Assembly: GCA_963728165.1 (NCBI GenBank)
Contig: CAVSIY010000008.1
Location: forward strand, 34,397-98,396
Length of the DNA: 64,000 nt
Direction of reading: 5' to 3'
Origin: an uncultured Alphaproteobacteria bacterium
Lineage (GTDB): Bacteria; Pseudomonadota; Alphaproteobacteria; Rhizobiales; Hyphomicrobiaceae
Of the stretch, positions 1 to 8,423 are shown in pieces. The notes under the pieces were generated by a model. The model made no database searches. It saw nothing but the letters and a program-made list of their open reading frames with translations, and was not told the DNA's origin. Made by a program: the position numbers and the translations under genes. Every line of letters begins with the position of its first letter. Position 1 is the first letter of the stretch.

Positions 1-72
1 CTCATCACGCGAAACTTGGAACCCCAGCAAAAACGCCTAGAATCCGGGGTTGTCTCCCTGCCCGGAGTTGTC

Positions 73-1305
73 ATGAAAAACAGCGTTCAGACTGAAATCG
101 CGATTGTCGGCACCGGTCCGGCGGGACTGGCAGCCGCCTTGTGCCTCGCCCGCCTCGGGGTGCGTGTAGCGATCATCGGCCAACGGAATGCGCGCGCCGA
201 CAACCGGACAGCCGCCCTTTTCACGGGCTCGGTGCAGCTTCTGCGCAATCTCGGAGCATGGGAGGACTGCCGCAACGGCGCCGAGCGCCTGCTTGCCATC
301 CGCATCGTCGACGACATGGGGGCGCTGCTGCGCGCGCCGGAGGTGATGTTCACGGCGGCAGAGGTCGGGCTCGAGGCCTTCGGCTACAACGTGCCCAACA
401 GCCTGCTCGTCGATGCGCTGCACCGGCAAGTGGCTGCTGCGGGTGACCGGATCACGCTCATAGAGAGCGCGGCCGTGACGGGGCTCGACATCGCGGCCGA
501 CCGGGTCGAGGTAGGTCTTGCCGACGCAAGCGCGATCGCTGCGCGCCTCGTTGTCGGCGCCGATGGCCGCAACTCCGTGTGCCGCACCGCAGCCGGCATT
601 CCGGCGCGCACCTGGGGGTATGAGCAGAGCGCCCTCACCGGCACGTTCACGCATCGGCTGCCGCACCACGGCGTCTCGACTGAATTCCATCGGCCGGCGG
701 GCCCGCTGACGGTCGTCCCCTCACCCGGCAACGCCTCCAGCCTCGTCTGGGTCGAGCGGCCGGCGATCGCGCGGCGGCTCGCAGACATGGACGAGCCAAC
801 GTTCCGCGCCGCCCTCGAGGAGCGGCTCCAGGGTTTGCTCGGACCGCTCGGCGACATGGGACCGCGCAGCGTCTTTGCGTTGACGGGCCTCACCGCCGAC
901 GTTGCGGGGCGCAACCGAGTGGCGCTCGTCGGAGAGGCAGCCCACGTCATTCCGCCCATCGGCGCCCAAGGCCTCAACTTGGGATTCCGCGATGCAGCGA
1001 TCCTCGCCGACTGTCTGAGCGACGCGCTGCGTGCGGGCGCCGACATCGGAGCAACTGCTCCTCTGTCGGCGTTCTCGCGCGCGCGCCGCCTCGATATCGC
1101 AAGCCGCGCCTGGTCCATCGATCTCCTGAACCGCAGCCTGATCTCGGGCTATCTGCCGGTGCAGCTGCTGCGGGGCGCCGGCCTCTTTGCACTCAAGGCT
1201 ATCAACCCATTGCGGCGCCTGGCAATTCGCGAAGGGCTCGCCCCCTCGTTCGTCGCGCCTCGCCTGATGCGAACGCGCGCGAGCGAAACAGCGCTGGCCC
1301 CTTGA
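73..1305 (+). CDS. UbiH/UbiL/COQ6-family FAD-dependent hydroxylase (ubiquinone biosynthesis)
   Basis: FAD motifs GTGPAG and LVVGADG, plus GEAAHVIPPIGAQGLNLGFRD. ATG at 73 follows a GGAG; the ORF-track start at 16 is probably too long. Confidence 0.85.
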   Translation: MKNSVQTEIAIVGTGPAGLAAALCLARLGVRVAIIGQRNARADNRTAALFTGSVQLLRNLGAWEDCRNGAERLLAIRIVDDMGALLRAPEVMFTAAEVGLEAFGYNVPNSLLVDALHRQVAAAGDRITLIESAAVTGLDIAADRVEVGLADASAIAARLVVGADGRNSVCRTAAGIPARTWGYEQSALTGTFTHRLPHHGVSTEFHRPAGPLTVVPSPGNASSLVWVERPAIARRLADMDEPTFRAALEERLQGLLGPLGDMGPRSVFALTGLTADVAGRNRVALVGEAAHVIPPIGAQGLNLGFRDAAILADCLSDALRAGADIGATAPLSAFSRARRLDIASRAWSIDLLNRSLISGYLPVQLLRGAGLFALKAINPLRRLAIREGLAPSFVAPRLMRTRASETALAP

Positions 1306-1374
1306 CGCCAGCATCGTCCGATTGGCATCACCGCGGGACGAGCCCGCCTTGCGCGCAAACCTCCAGGCTTTTCG

Positions 1375-2289
1375 ATGAAGACCAACGCCCTCCTGCGCGA
1401 CTTGCAGTATCGCTTCGAATACGTGGTCCTGCGCCTCGTCGCCGGCTTCTTTCGCATGCTGCCGCTGCAGGCCGCGACGCGCGCCTCCGCCTTCGCCTGG
1501 CGCCGGCTCGCGCCCATCATCAACCCCAAGCGCCACAAGCGCGCGCTCGACAACCTCGCCATCGCCTTTCCCGAGAAGAGCGATGAGGAGCGGCTCGCAA
1601 TCGCGCTGGCGCACTGGGAGAACCTCGGCCGCATCATGGTGGAGACGATGCGCATCGACCGCTTCCTGGCCGAGCCCGAGCGCATCGACATCGTCAGCCA
1701 GAACATCTTCTCGCGCTACAAGGACAAGCTCGGCGCCGGCGTCGGCATCAGCCTGCACATGGGCAACTGGGAGCTGGCGATCCTGCCCTTCACTTGGGCC
1801 GGGGCCACCCCGGCCGCCGTCTACCGCTCGGTGACGAACCCCTACGTCGACCGCTATCTGCGCGACCTGCGCAAGGACCTCTATCCCGACGGCCTGTTCG
1901 GGCGCGGCAAAGTCGGCGACCATGGCGACGACCAGAGAACGGCGCGCGCGATCATGGACTTTGTGCGCCGCGGCGGCCGCCTCGGCCTCGTGTGCGATCT
2001 CTACGACCGCACCGGCCTGCCGGTGCCCTTCTTCGGCAAGGACGCAAGGACGCAAGCGATCGGCGTGATGATTGCGCGGCGCGCCGGCGCCCGCATCTGG
2101 CTGTCGCGCTGCAAGCGCATTGGCACATCGAGCCGCTTTGAGATCGAGCTGAAAGAATTGCGCGTGCCGCGCACGGCCAACCAGGCCGAGGACATCCGCT
2201 GGTCCATGACGCATATGCAGGAGCAGTTCGAGGCGTGGATCCGGGAGGCGCCGGAGCAGTGGATGTGGTCGAACCGGCGCTGGAGCTAG
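1375..2289 (+). CDS. Lipid A biosynthesis acyltransferase (LpxL/HtrB/LpxXL family)
   Basis: RAxDNLAIAFPE, HMGNWE acyltransferase motif, VPFFG, C-terminal PEQWMWSNRRW. Confidence 0.88.
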   Translation: MKTNALLRDLQYRFEYVVLRLVAGFFRMLPLQAATRASAFAWRRLAPIINPKRHKRALDNLAIAFPEKSDEERLAIALAHWENLGRIMVETMRIDRFLAEPERIDIVSQNIFSRYKDKLGAGVGISLHMGNWELAILPFTWAGATPAAVYRSVTNPYVDRYLRDLRKDLYPDGLFGRGKVGDHGDDQRTARAIMDFVRRGGRLGLVCDLYDRTGLPVPFFGKDARTQAIGVMIARRAGARIWLSRCKRIGTSSRFEIELKELRVPRTANQAEDIRWSMTHMQEQFEAWIREAPEQWMWSNRRWS

Positions 2290-2494
2290 GAACAATCCCG
2301 CTGCCGCTAACGAGCTGCACGCACGCAAACCGCGAACGCTGCTCAAATCCCAATCGCCGATTGCATGCCTGATGAGGCGCCCGGCTCATTCCCTGGCGGG
2401 CACGCCGGTATCTTGCTAGAAAGAATCATGTTTGCGCATCGCAAAAGCGCAGAATGCCTTCTGGCCGGCTAACCAGGGAGCACCAAGGGCGCTC

Positions 2495-3448
2495 ATGGAC
2501 CAGGTCCTTGCGATGTCCGACATCCACCCCCGCGACCGCGTGGCCTATTGGTTGGACGTCGTGCGCCACGTCATCGTCGACCACGAATGTCGGGTGAACG
2601 CTCCATCCACGTTCGACGCGACGATGCTTCGCGCCCCTCTCGGCGAACTCAGCGTCATGAGCGTTGAAAGCCTCGGATTGGAGTCCGTGGAGCACACGGC
2701 TCGCTCGATCGCGCGCGGCGAGGATGATGTCTTCTTGCTCTACTTGCAGCTCGCGGGCAGCGCCACCTACACCCAGGACGGCCGCGAAACCGTCATCCAC
2801 CCAGGCGACCTCACTCTGCTCGATGCGCAGCGCCCCTTCAGCTGCCGCTACTCGCACCGTAAACAGATCACCATCAAAATCCCGCACCGCGCCTTGAAGG
2901 CGCGGCTCGCGTCGAGCTCACAGCTCACAGCGCGCGCCGTGCGCCGTACCGACGGCGTCAGCGCCCTCGCGTCGGACTACATCAAAATGATCCCGGACCA
3001 CATCGACACACTGCAGCCAGCCGCGAAGCTGCAGGTCGCCGAGCACGTGCTCGACCTCGCCGCCTTCGCGCTCGCGGCAGAGACCGGCAAGGGCACGCCG
3101 GCCGTGTCGTCTGGACGCGCGGTTGCACTCCTCAGCCTGCGCATGGCGATCGAGAACCGCCTGAAGGACCCAGCACTCAATCCCACCGCCGCCGCGGGCG
3201 CCGCCGGCATCAGCGTACGCTATGCCAACCATCTGTTGTCGCAGCAGGGAACATCGCTCGAGCGCTTCATCGTGTCCCGGCGCCTGGAGCACTGCCGCCG
3301 CGCCCTCGAGGACGCGCGTCAGTCTCATCGCACGATCAGCGAGATCGCCTATGCCTGGGGCTTCTCCGACCTGTCGCACTTCAACCGCCGTTTCAAGGCG
3401 GCCTTCGGCTGCACGCCGCGCGAGCACCGACGCCAACACCCGGGCTGA
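2495..3448 (+). CDS. AraC-family transcriptional regulator (FeaR-like, AraC_binding_2 + HTH) #1
   Basis: N-terminal HPRDRVAYW and C-terminal ISEIAYAWGFSDLSHFNRRFKAAFGCTPRE. Start chosen by alignment with the three paralogs in the window. Confidence 0.9.
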   Translation: MDQVLAMSDIHPRDRVAYWLDVVRHVIVDHECRVNAPSTFDATMLRAPLGELSVMSVESLGLESVEHTARSIARGEDDVFLLYLQLAGSATYTQDGRETVIHPGDLTLLDAQRPFSCRYSHRKQITIKIPHRALKARLASSSQLTARAVRRTDGVSALASDYIKMIPDHIDTLQPAAKLQVAEHVLDLAAFALAAETGKGTPAVSSGRAVALLSLRMAIENRLKDPALNPTAAAGAAGISVRYANHLLSQQGTSLERFIVSRRLEHCRRALEDARQSHRTISEIAYAWGFSDLSHFNRRFKAAFGCTPREHRRQHPG

Positions 3449-3551
3449 GGCTCAGGTTATCACCAGGCAATCGCAGCAGGCGCCGCCCGTCGATTGACAG
3501 GGCCGCAATATCGACGCTCCCTTTGGCCGACAGGCGGAACGGGAGGCGGCC

Positions 3552-4916
3552 ATGAACGAGCCCACCGAGACGAGGACGTCGCGCACGCCGTGGTGGCGGA
3601 AATGGCGGCACCTGCACAGGCTGCCCCGCTCCCTCCTCTCGATCGGCGCCATGGGCGCCGCGCTCTCGCTCCTCGCAGTCGTCTATCTCGGCTACGACCT
3701 TGCCAAGGGCAAGATCTCGCCCTGCGAGGCCGTCTACCAGCAGACCTCCGTCGGGCTGTCGACGCGCATCAGCTTCCTCAAGACCGAAGGCGAATTGCAG
3801 ATCGGCCGCGAGCAGCTCACCGACCTCGACGAGCGCGCGCAGATGGCGGCGCTCAATCTCAAGACGTGCTGCACGGTCTTGGACGCGGGCCGGCTCGATG
3901 CCGAGCAGTTCCTGCAATGCAAGGGCTCAGCGCGCGCCTACGAGGCGCAGCTCGCCGACATTGCCGATCTCGTGCGCAAAGCCGTCAAGGAGGGCATCAC
4001 GACGAGCTCGATCGCGGCCAGCGCCTCGCCGCCGCCTGCGTCGGGCGAGATCAAGAAGAAGATCGACAGCGAGGTGGCGGCCGCCAAAGAGATCTCGCGC
4101 AACTTCAATCAGGCGGTCGTCGCGGTGCGCAAGGCGCAAGCGCTCGAAACCCTCAAAGCCACGCCGCCGCGCCACGTGACGATAAAGGCGCAGGAGAGCG
4201 AGCCCAACGACGACGGCCTGGCGACCAACGAGATCGAGCTCGGCACCTGGATCACCGGCTCCGTCGGCGCACCCAAGGATGCCGACTACTTCGCATTCAA
4301 GACGCCCGAGATGCGCCGCGACCTCATCCGCATCGAGTTGCAGAACCGCTCCACCACACTGGAGCCGCGGCTCGAGCTTTTCGATGCGGAGAAGACGAGC
4401 CGTGGCGAGGTGCACAAGACGACCGAAGGTGCCGACCTTACCTATTCGTTCGTCGGCGAGCCGGCGACCTCCTACGTCGTGCGCGTCAGCAACTACTATG
4501 GGAACACCGTCGGCGTGTATGTTTTGCGCGTCGTGGCGGCGAAGGCCTATGACGCGCACGAGCCAAACGACGACATCCTCAATGCCAAGACGATCGCCGT
4601 CGACGATCCCGTCAACGCCGGGATCATGGACAGGTACGACGTGGACTACTTCGCGGTCACGTCAGGAGACAAGGACGCCATGCTGCGCGCGGCGGTGCAG
4701 AACCGTTCCACGACGCTACAGCCCGAGGTCGCCGCCTACGATTCCAGCAAGGCCCTGATCGGCTCGAGCAACAACACGACACCGGGCGGCGACACGAGCT
4801 ACGCGTTCAAGGTCAAGCCGAAGACGACCTATTATGTGCGGGTGCGCGACTACTACACGAGCGCTGGCGGCGACTACACACTGACGCTGACGGAGGCGGC
4901 TGCGGGCGATGGCTGA
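3552..4916 (+). CDS. Membrane-anchored exported protein with two tandem PPC-like (pre-peptidase C-terminal) beta-sandwich repeats
   Basis: RBS GGGAGG; N-terminal hydrophobic helix; two ~110-aa repeats EPNDD...D.DYF...QNRSTTL.P...Y.VRV..YY...G.Y.L. Confidence 0.7.
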   Translation: MNEPTETRTSRTPWWRKWRHLHRLPRSLLSIGAMGAALSLLAVVYLGYDLAKGKISPCEAVYQQTSVGLSTRISFLKTEGELQIGREQLTDLDERAQMAALNLKTCCTVLDAGRLDAEQFLQCKGSARAYEAQLADIADLVRKAVKEGITTSSIAASASPPPASGEIKKKIDSEVAAAKEISRNFNQAVVAVRKAQALETLKATPPRHVTIKAQESEPNDDGLATNEIELGTWITGSVGAPKDADYFAFKTPEMRRDLIRIELQNRSTTLEPRLELFDAEKTSRGEVHKTTEGADLTYSFVGEPATSYVVRVSNYYGNTVGVYVLRVVAAKAYDAHEPNDDILNAKTIAVDDPVNAGIMDRYDVDYFAVTSGDKDAMLRAAVQNRSTTLQPEVAAYDSSKALIGSSNNTTPGGDTSYAFKVKPKTTYYVRVRDYYTSAGGDYTLTLTEAAAGDG

Positions 4917-5108
4917 GCCGCTCCCGCCGCGGTCAACGCGCCGCGCCCGATGACGCAAAATGCGTCCATAACATGTTTATTTTATTACATTTTATTCAAG
5001 CCAACTTACCAATCCGTATGGCGCCGGCGATGTGGCGACAAGGATCGCGGCGCAGTCTCCGCGCCCGGGTGAGCTTTTGCCACCCGGACACAAGATGGAG
5101 AGTTCCAC

Positions 5109-5270
5109 ATGTCGAAGAAGATTATGAGCGCAGCCATTCTCGCCGGCCTGCTGTTCGGCCTCGCCGCCCCCCTCGCAGAGGCGAAGAGCGCGCCCAAGAC
5201 CAAGGCCGAGTGCGAGAAGATGACAAACATGAAGTGGGACGACGGCACGTCGAAGTGCATCAAGAAGTAA
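5109..5270 (+). CDS. Small secreted protein, 53 aa, two Cys (not in ORF track)
   Basis: GGAG RBS at 5097-5100, ATG 5109, TAA 5268-5270. Sequence MSKKIMSAAILAGLLFGLAAPLAEA-KSAPKTKAECEKMTNMKWDDGTSKCIKK has a classic signal peptide ending AEA and GC3-rich codon usage. Confidence 0.75.
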   Translation: MSKKIMSAAILAGLLFGLAAPLAEAKSAPKTKAECEKMTNMKWDDGTSKCIKK

Positions 5271-5288
5271 ACTGCAGACCACATTCGT

Positions 5289-5312
5289 GCGGCGGGTCCT
5301 GCGGCCCGCCGC
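5289..5312 (+). terminator. GC-rich hairpin after the 53-aa ORF (weak terminator or stabilising stem)
   Basis: GCGGCGGGTC-CTGC-GGCCCGCCGC; no strong U-tract. Confidence 0.4.
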
Positions 5313-5379
5313 CATTATCCCCCCGCATCGTCGCTTGCCCGCCACTGTGCGAGCTGCGCTGAAGATTCTGGGAGCCCCT

Positions 5380-5592
5380 ATGAAGCGCTTCGTTCCTGTG
5401 TCGCTCGTCGCCAGCGCGGCGTTCGTGTGTCTCTCTGCAGGTGTGGGGCAGGCAGCGACACTCACCGGCGCAGGCAATCAACTCGTCGCCTCCGCGCACC
5501 CGACCCGCATCGTCAGCCAGGTGGGCTGGCGCCATCGCCACCGTCGCTGCTGGTGGCACCACCATCACCGCCATTGCCGCTACTGGTGGTGA
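5380..5592 (+). CDS. Small secreted His/Trp/Arg-rich protein, 70 aa, two Cys
   Basis: GGGAG RBS before ATG 5380. Sequence MKRFVPVSLVASAAFVCLSAGVGQA-ATL...GWRHRHRRCWWHHHHRHCRYWW has a signal peptide. Confidence 0.75.
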   Translation: MKRFVPVSLVASAAFVCLSAGVGQAATLTGAGNQLVASAHPTRIVSQVGWRHRHRRCWWHHHHRHCRYWW

Positions 5593-5647
5593 TGTCGCGT
5601 CGTTGGCATCGTAGGTCTCATCTTCACTAACCTCCTCTTCCCCGACT

Positions 5648-5679
5648 GGTGCAGGGCCCTCGTGCTCTGCACCTTTTTT
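5648..5679 (+). terminator. Rho-independent terminator
   Basis: GGTGCAGGGC-CCTCGT-GCTCTGCACC followed by TTTTTT. Confidence 0.75.
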
Positions 5680-5698
5680 GTTGCGCAACGGGACCCGC

Positions 5699-7072
5699 TC
5701 AAGCCTTGGGGAACGACACGCCGACGCGCAAGCCGGGCGCATTGTCTTGCAGCTCGACGCTGGCTCCGTGCAACTCGGCAATGGCTGCCGCGAGGTTGAG
5801 GCCCAGGCCGCTGCCCGGCGTCGTGCGTGCGCGCTCCAGCCGGTAGAGCCTGCGAAAGACGTTCGTGCGCTCATCCGATGGAATGCCGGGCCCTGTGTCC
5901 CACACGACGGCCACGTGCCGGTCGCGCCGTCCCACAAGGTCGACGCCGATGCGGGTGCCTTTGGGTGAATGGCGAATGGCGTTCTCGATCAGATTGGCGA
6001 ACAATTGCGTTAACAGCTCGCGGTCGCCGTGAATGCGGGCCTTGGCGCCGGTGGGCACCGTGCACTGGAGCTGATCGCCACTTTCCTCGGCCACCGGCTC
6101 GTAGATATCGGCGACATCGGCCAGCACCGAGCCGAGATCCACGTCGCAAAAACGCGACTTGCGAGCACCCGCCTCGATTTGCGTGATGCGAAGCAGCGCC
6201 TCGAACGTCTCCACGATCGAGTCGAGCTCGACCAGCGCCGCCTCGACCCGATCGCGAATGGCCTCCGTGTCATCCCTGCTGCCCAGCGCCTCCTCAAGCC
6301 GACGGCGCAGCCGCCCGATGGGCTTCTTCAAGTCGTGCGCAATGTCGGAGGAGGCTTGATTGACGTTCTCGATGAGATTCTGCAGGTGATTGAGCATGGC
6401 GTTGATTTGCGCGGCGACGTGATCGAGGTCGTCGCCGGAGCCCGTAAGAGGCACGCGGCGGGCGACGTCGCCTTGCCCCACCTGAACCAATGTCGTGGCG
6501 AACACATCGATCTTCTGCTGGGTGCGGTGCGCGAGCAGCCCGGCGAAGCTCACGACAAACAAGATCGTCGCCGCCAATCCCCAGCCGAGTCCGTGCAACA
6601 GGTTACGCTGCACCTCGCGGACGTCTCGATCGCTCCATCCAACGAGAAGATGGCCTTTCGAGACCGGCCTCCAGATGGCATAGAAGCGATCGTCGGGGTC
6701 ACCCTTGCCGGCGACCATGGGCAGCCACGCGCGGTCGAGAGTGCCCCACCCCTTGAACACCCGTACATTCTGCACGTTGCCCGCCTGATAGGAGCCGTCG
6801 GCGCGGCGCAGCAAGAAGATGCTGTTGAAGTCGCGCACGGATTTGGCTTCGTTGGCGACCACCACCGCCAAGGCGTCAAAGCCCTTCTCGGCGTCGATGG
6901 CAACGAGCGCGTTGCTCGTCTCCTCGACACGCTGGCGGACATTGCTCGCAAGCTCGGCGCCGAGCGTCAGGTAAAGGACGGCGAAGAGCGCAATCACCGT
7001 CAGCGTGAACAGGATGGTGAAGGCTGCCGCGAGCCGTACGGGCGTACGCTTTAGAAAGTCATTCGTGATCAT
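5699..7072 (-). CDS. HAMP-domain sensor histidine kinase (CusS/CzcS-like class)
   Basis: Two TM segments, HAMP, H-box IAHDLKKP, N-box LFANLIENAIRHS, DTGPGIP, GSGLGL. Overlaps the response regulator stop. Confidence 0.92.
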   Translation of the reverse strand: MITNDFLKRTPVRLAAAFTILFTLTVIALFAVLYLTLGAELASNVRQRVEETSNALVAIDAEKGFDALAVVVANEAKSVRDFNSIFLLRRADGSYQAGNVQNVRVFKGWGTLDRAWLPMVAGKGDPDDRFYAIWRPVSKGHLLVGWSDRDVREVQRNLLHGLGWGLAATILFVVSFAGLLAHRTQQKIDVFATTLVQVGQGDVARRVPLTGSGDDLDHVAAQINAMLNHLQNLIENVNQASSDIAHDLKKPIGRLRRRLEEALGSRDDTEAIRDRVEAALVELDSIVETFEALLRITQIEAGARKSRFCDVDLGSVLADVADIYEPVAEESGDQLQCTVPTGAKARIHGDRELLTQLFANLIENAIRHSPKGTRIGVDLVGRRDRHVAVVWDTGPGIPSDERTNVFRRLYRLERARTTPGSGLGLNLAAAIAELHGASVELQDNAPGLRVGVSFPKA

Positions 7073-7736
7073 GCATGGTGTAGCCGCAGCCGCGCACGGT
7101 GTGGATCAGCTCTTTGCTGTAGGGCCGATCGATCTTGGTGCGCAATCGGGAGATGTGGGTCTCGACCACGCTGGTCTTGGGCTCGAAGTGAAAGCTCCAC
7201 ACCCGCTCCAGCAGCATGGTGCGCGTCAACACGCGGCCCTTGGCGCGCATCAACACCTCGAGCAGGCGGAACTCGCGCGGCTGCAGGTCGATCACGGCGC
7301 CGCCGCGCGTCACCTTGCGCGCGATGAGATCCATCTCGAGATCACCGACGCGCAGCACCGTTTCCGCCTCTCGCATCGGCGGGCGCCGCGCCAGCGCGTT
7401 GACGCGCGCCATCAGCTCGGAGAAGGCAAAGGGTTTGATCAGGTAGTCGTCAGCGCCAACGTTCAAGCCGTCGACCCGGTCATCGACGCCGCCGAGGGAG
7501 GTGAGGAAGAGAACGGGCTGGCGCCGGCCTGCGGCGCGCAACGCTTGAACCAAGGAAAGGCCGTCGAGCCCGGGCAGCATACGGTCGATGACCAGCATGT
7601 CGTACGCCTCGCCCATGGCTTGCGCGAGGCCGTCGCGGCCGTCCGCCACCGTCTCGGCAACGTGTCCCTCCTCCGCGAACCCATGCGAGACATAGGCCGC
7701 GGTCTCGGGATCGTCCTCGACAACAAGGATGCGCAT
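7059..7736 (-). CDS. OmpR-family response regulator (CusR/CopR-like)
   Basis: MRILVVEDD, VIDRMLPG phospho-acceptor, GADDYLIKPF, winged helix VVETHISRLRTKID...IHTVRGCGY. True start at ATG 7736. Confidence 0.93.
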   Translation of the reverse strand: MRILVVEDDPETAAYVSHGFAEEGHVAETVADGRDGLAQAMGEAYDMLVIDRMLPGLDGLSLVQALRAAGRRQPVLFLTSLGGVDDRVDGLNVGADDYLIKPFAFSELMARVNALARRPPMREAETVLRVGDLEMDLIARKVTRGGAVIDLQPREFRLLEVLMRAKGRVLTRTMLLERVWSFHFEPKTSVVETHISRLRTKIDRPYSKELIHTVRGCGYTMHDHE

Positions 7737-7791
7737 CCACTTCGTTTCCAGCGAGGCGCCATCCTCGGGCAGGGCGGCTTTCCGCAAGATG

Positions 7792-7807
7792 TCCGTAACA
7801 TTACGGA
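7792..7807. promoter_or_regulatory. Palindrome TCCGTAA-CA-TTACGGA upstream of the response regulator (candidate operator)
   Basis: Perfect 7-bp inverted repeat ~55 bp upstream of ATG 7736; function inferred. Confidence 0.45.
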
Positions 7808-7893
7808 AGCTTAATCTGCGTTTGCCCGCGCCTGAGCGTCCCGCAGGCGCCCTCAAAGGCCCCCGAGGTCCGCGCCAACCAGCAGGCGCCGCG

Positions 7894-8331
7894 TCAGACC
7901 CGAGCGTCCATCAGTCCGTAGAGCCAGCCCATCGCCGCGCCGAAACCGGCAAGGATGAGCAGCACCGAGCCCACCATCTTGGGATCGAAGCCGAAGAACA
8001 GCGGGAACCTGCCCGTGATCAGCGGCACCAGGATGAAGACGCCGAGGATGGCCGGGCCAACGATGCCGAAGATCAAGCCCTTCACCGTCGGGCCACCGCC
8101 CGGAATGAAGCGATAGAGCAGCACGAACACGATGCCCCACACGCCGCCCCAGAACATGTCGCTGACGATCTGCGGCACGCCGGTCATGGCCGAGGGCTGC
8201 ATGGACCACGGCACGCGCGGAAAGATGCCGGCCTTCAGCAGCACGAAACTAATGATCTCGTGCGCGGTTACGACGGCGATGGCACCGGCAACGAAGCCGA
8301 GCGCCAAGCTCTGCAATGAAGATCCGTTCAA
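7894..8331 (-). CDS. Small integral membrane protein (~4 TM), unknown function
   Basis: GGGAGG RBS with TTG start; four hydrophobic Gly-rich helices; co-oriented upstream of the TCS. Confidence 0.75.
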   Translation of the reverse strand: MNGSSLQSLALGFVAGAIAVVTAHEIISFVLLKAGIFPRVPWSMQPSAMTGVPQIVSDMFWGGVWGIVFVLLYRFIPGGGPTVKGLIFGIVGPAILGVFILVPLITGRFPLFFGFDPKMVGSVLLILAGFGAAMGWLYGLMDARV

Positions 8332-8423
8332 GATGTCCTCCCTTTGTTGAAGGCTCCCGCCAAGGCGCGCAAAGGACCGCCTCCCACGCGCTTATCTGAT
8401 CTATGTTTTTCGGGCCTTGGAAA

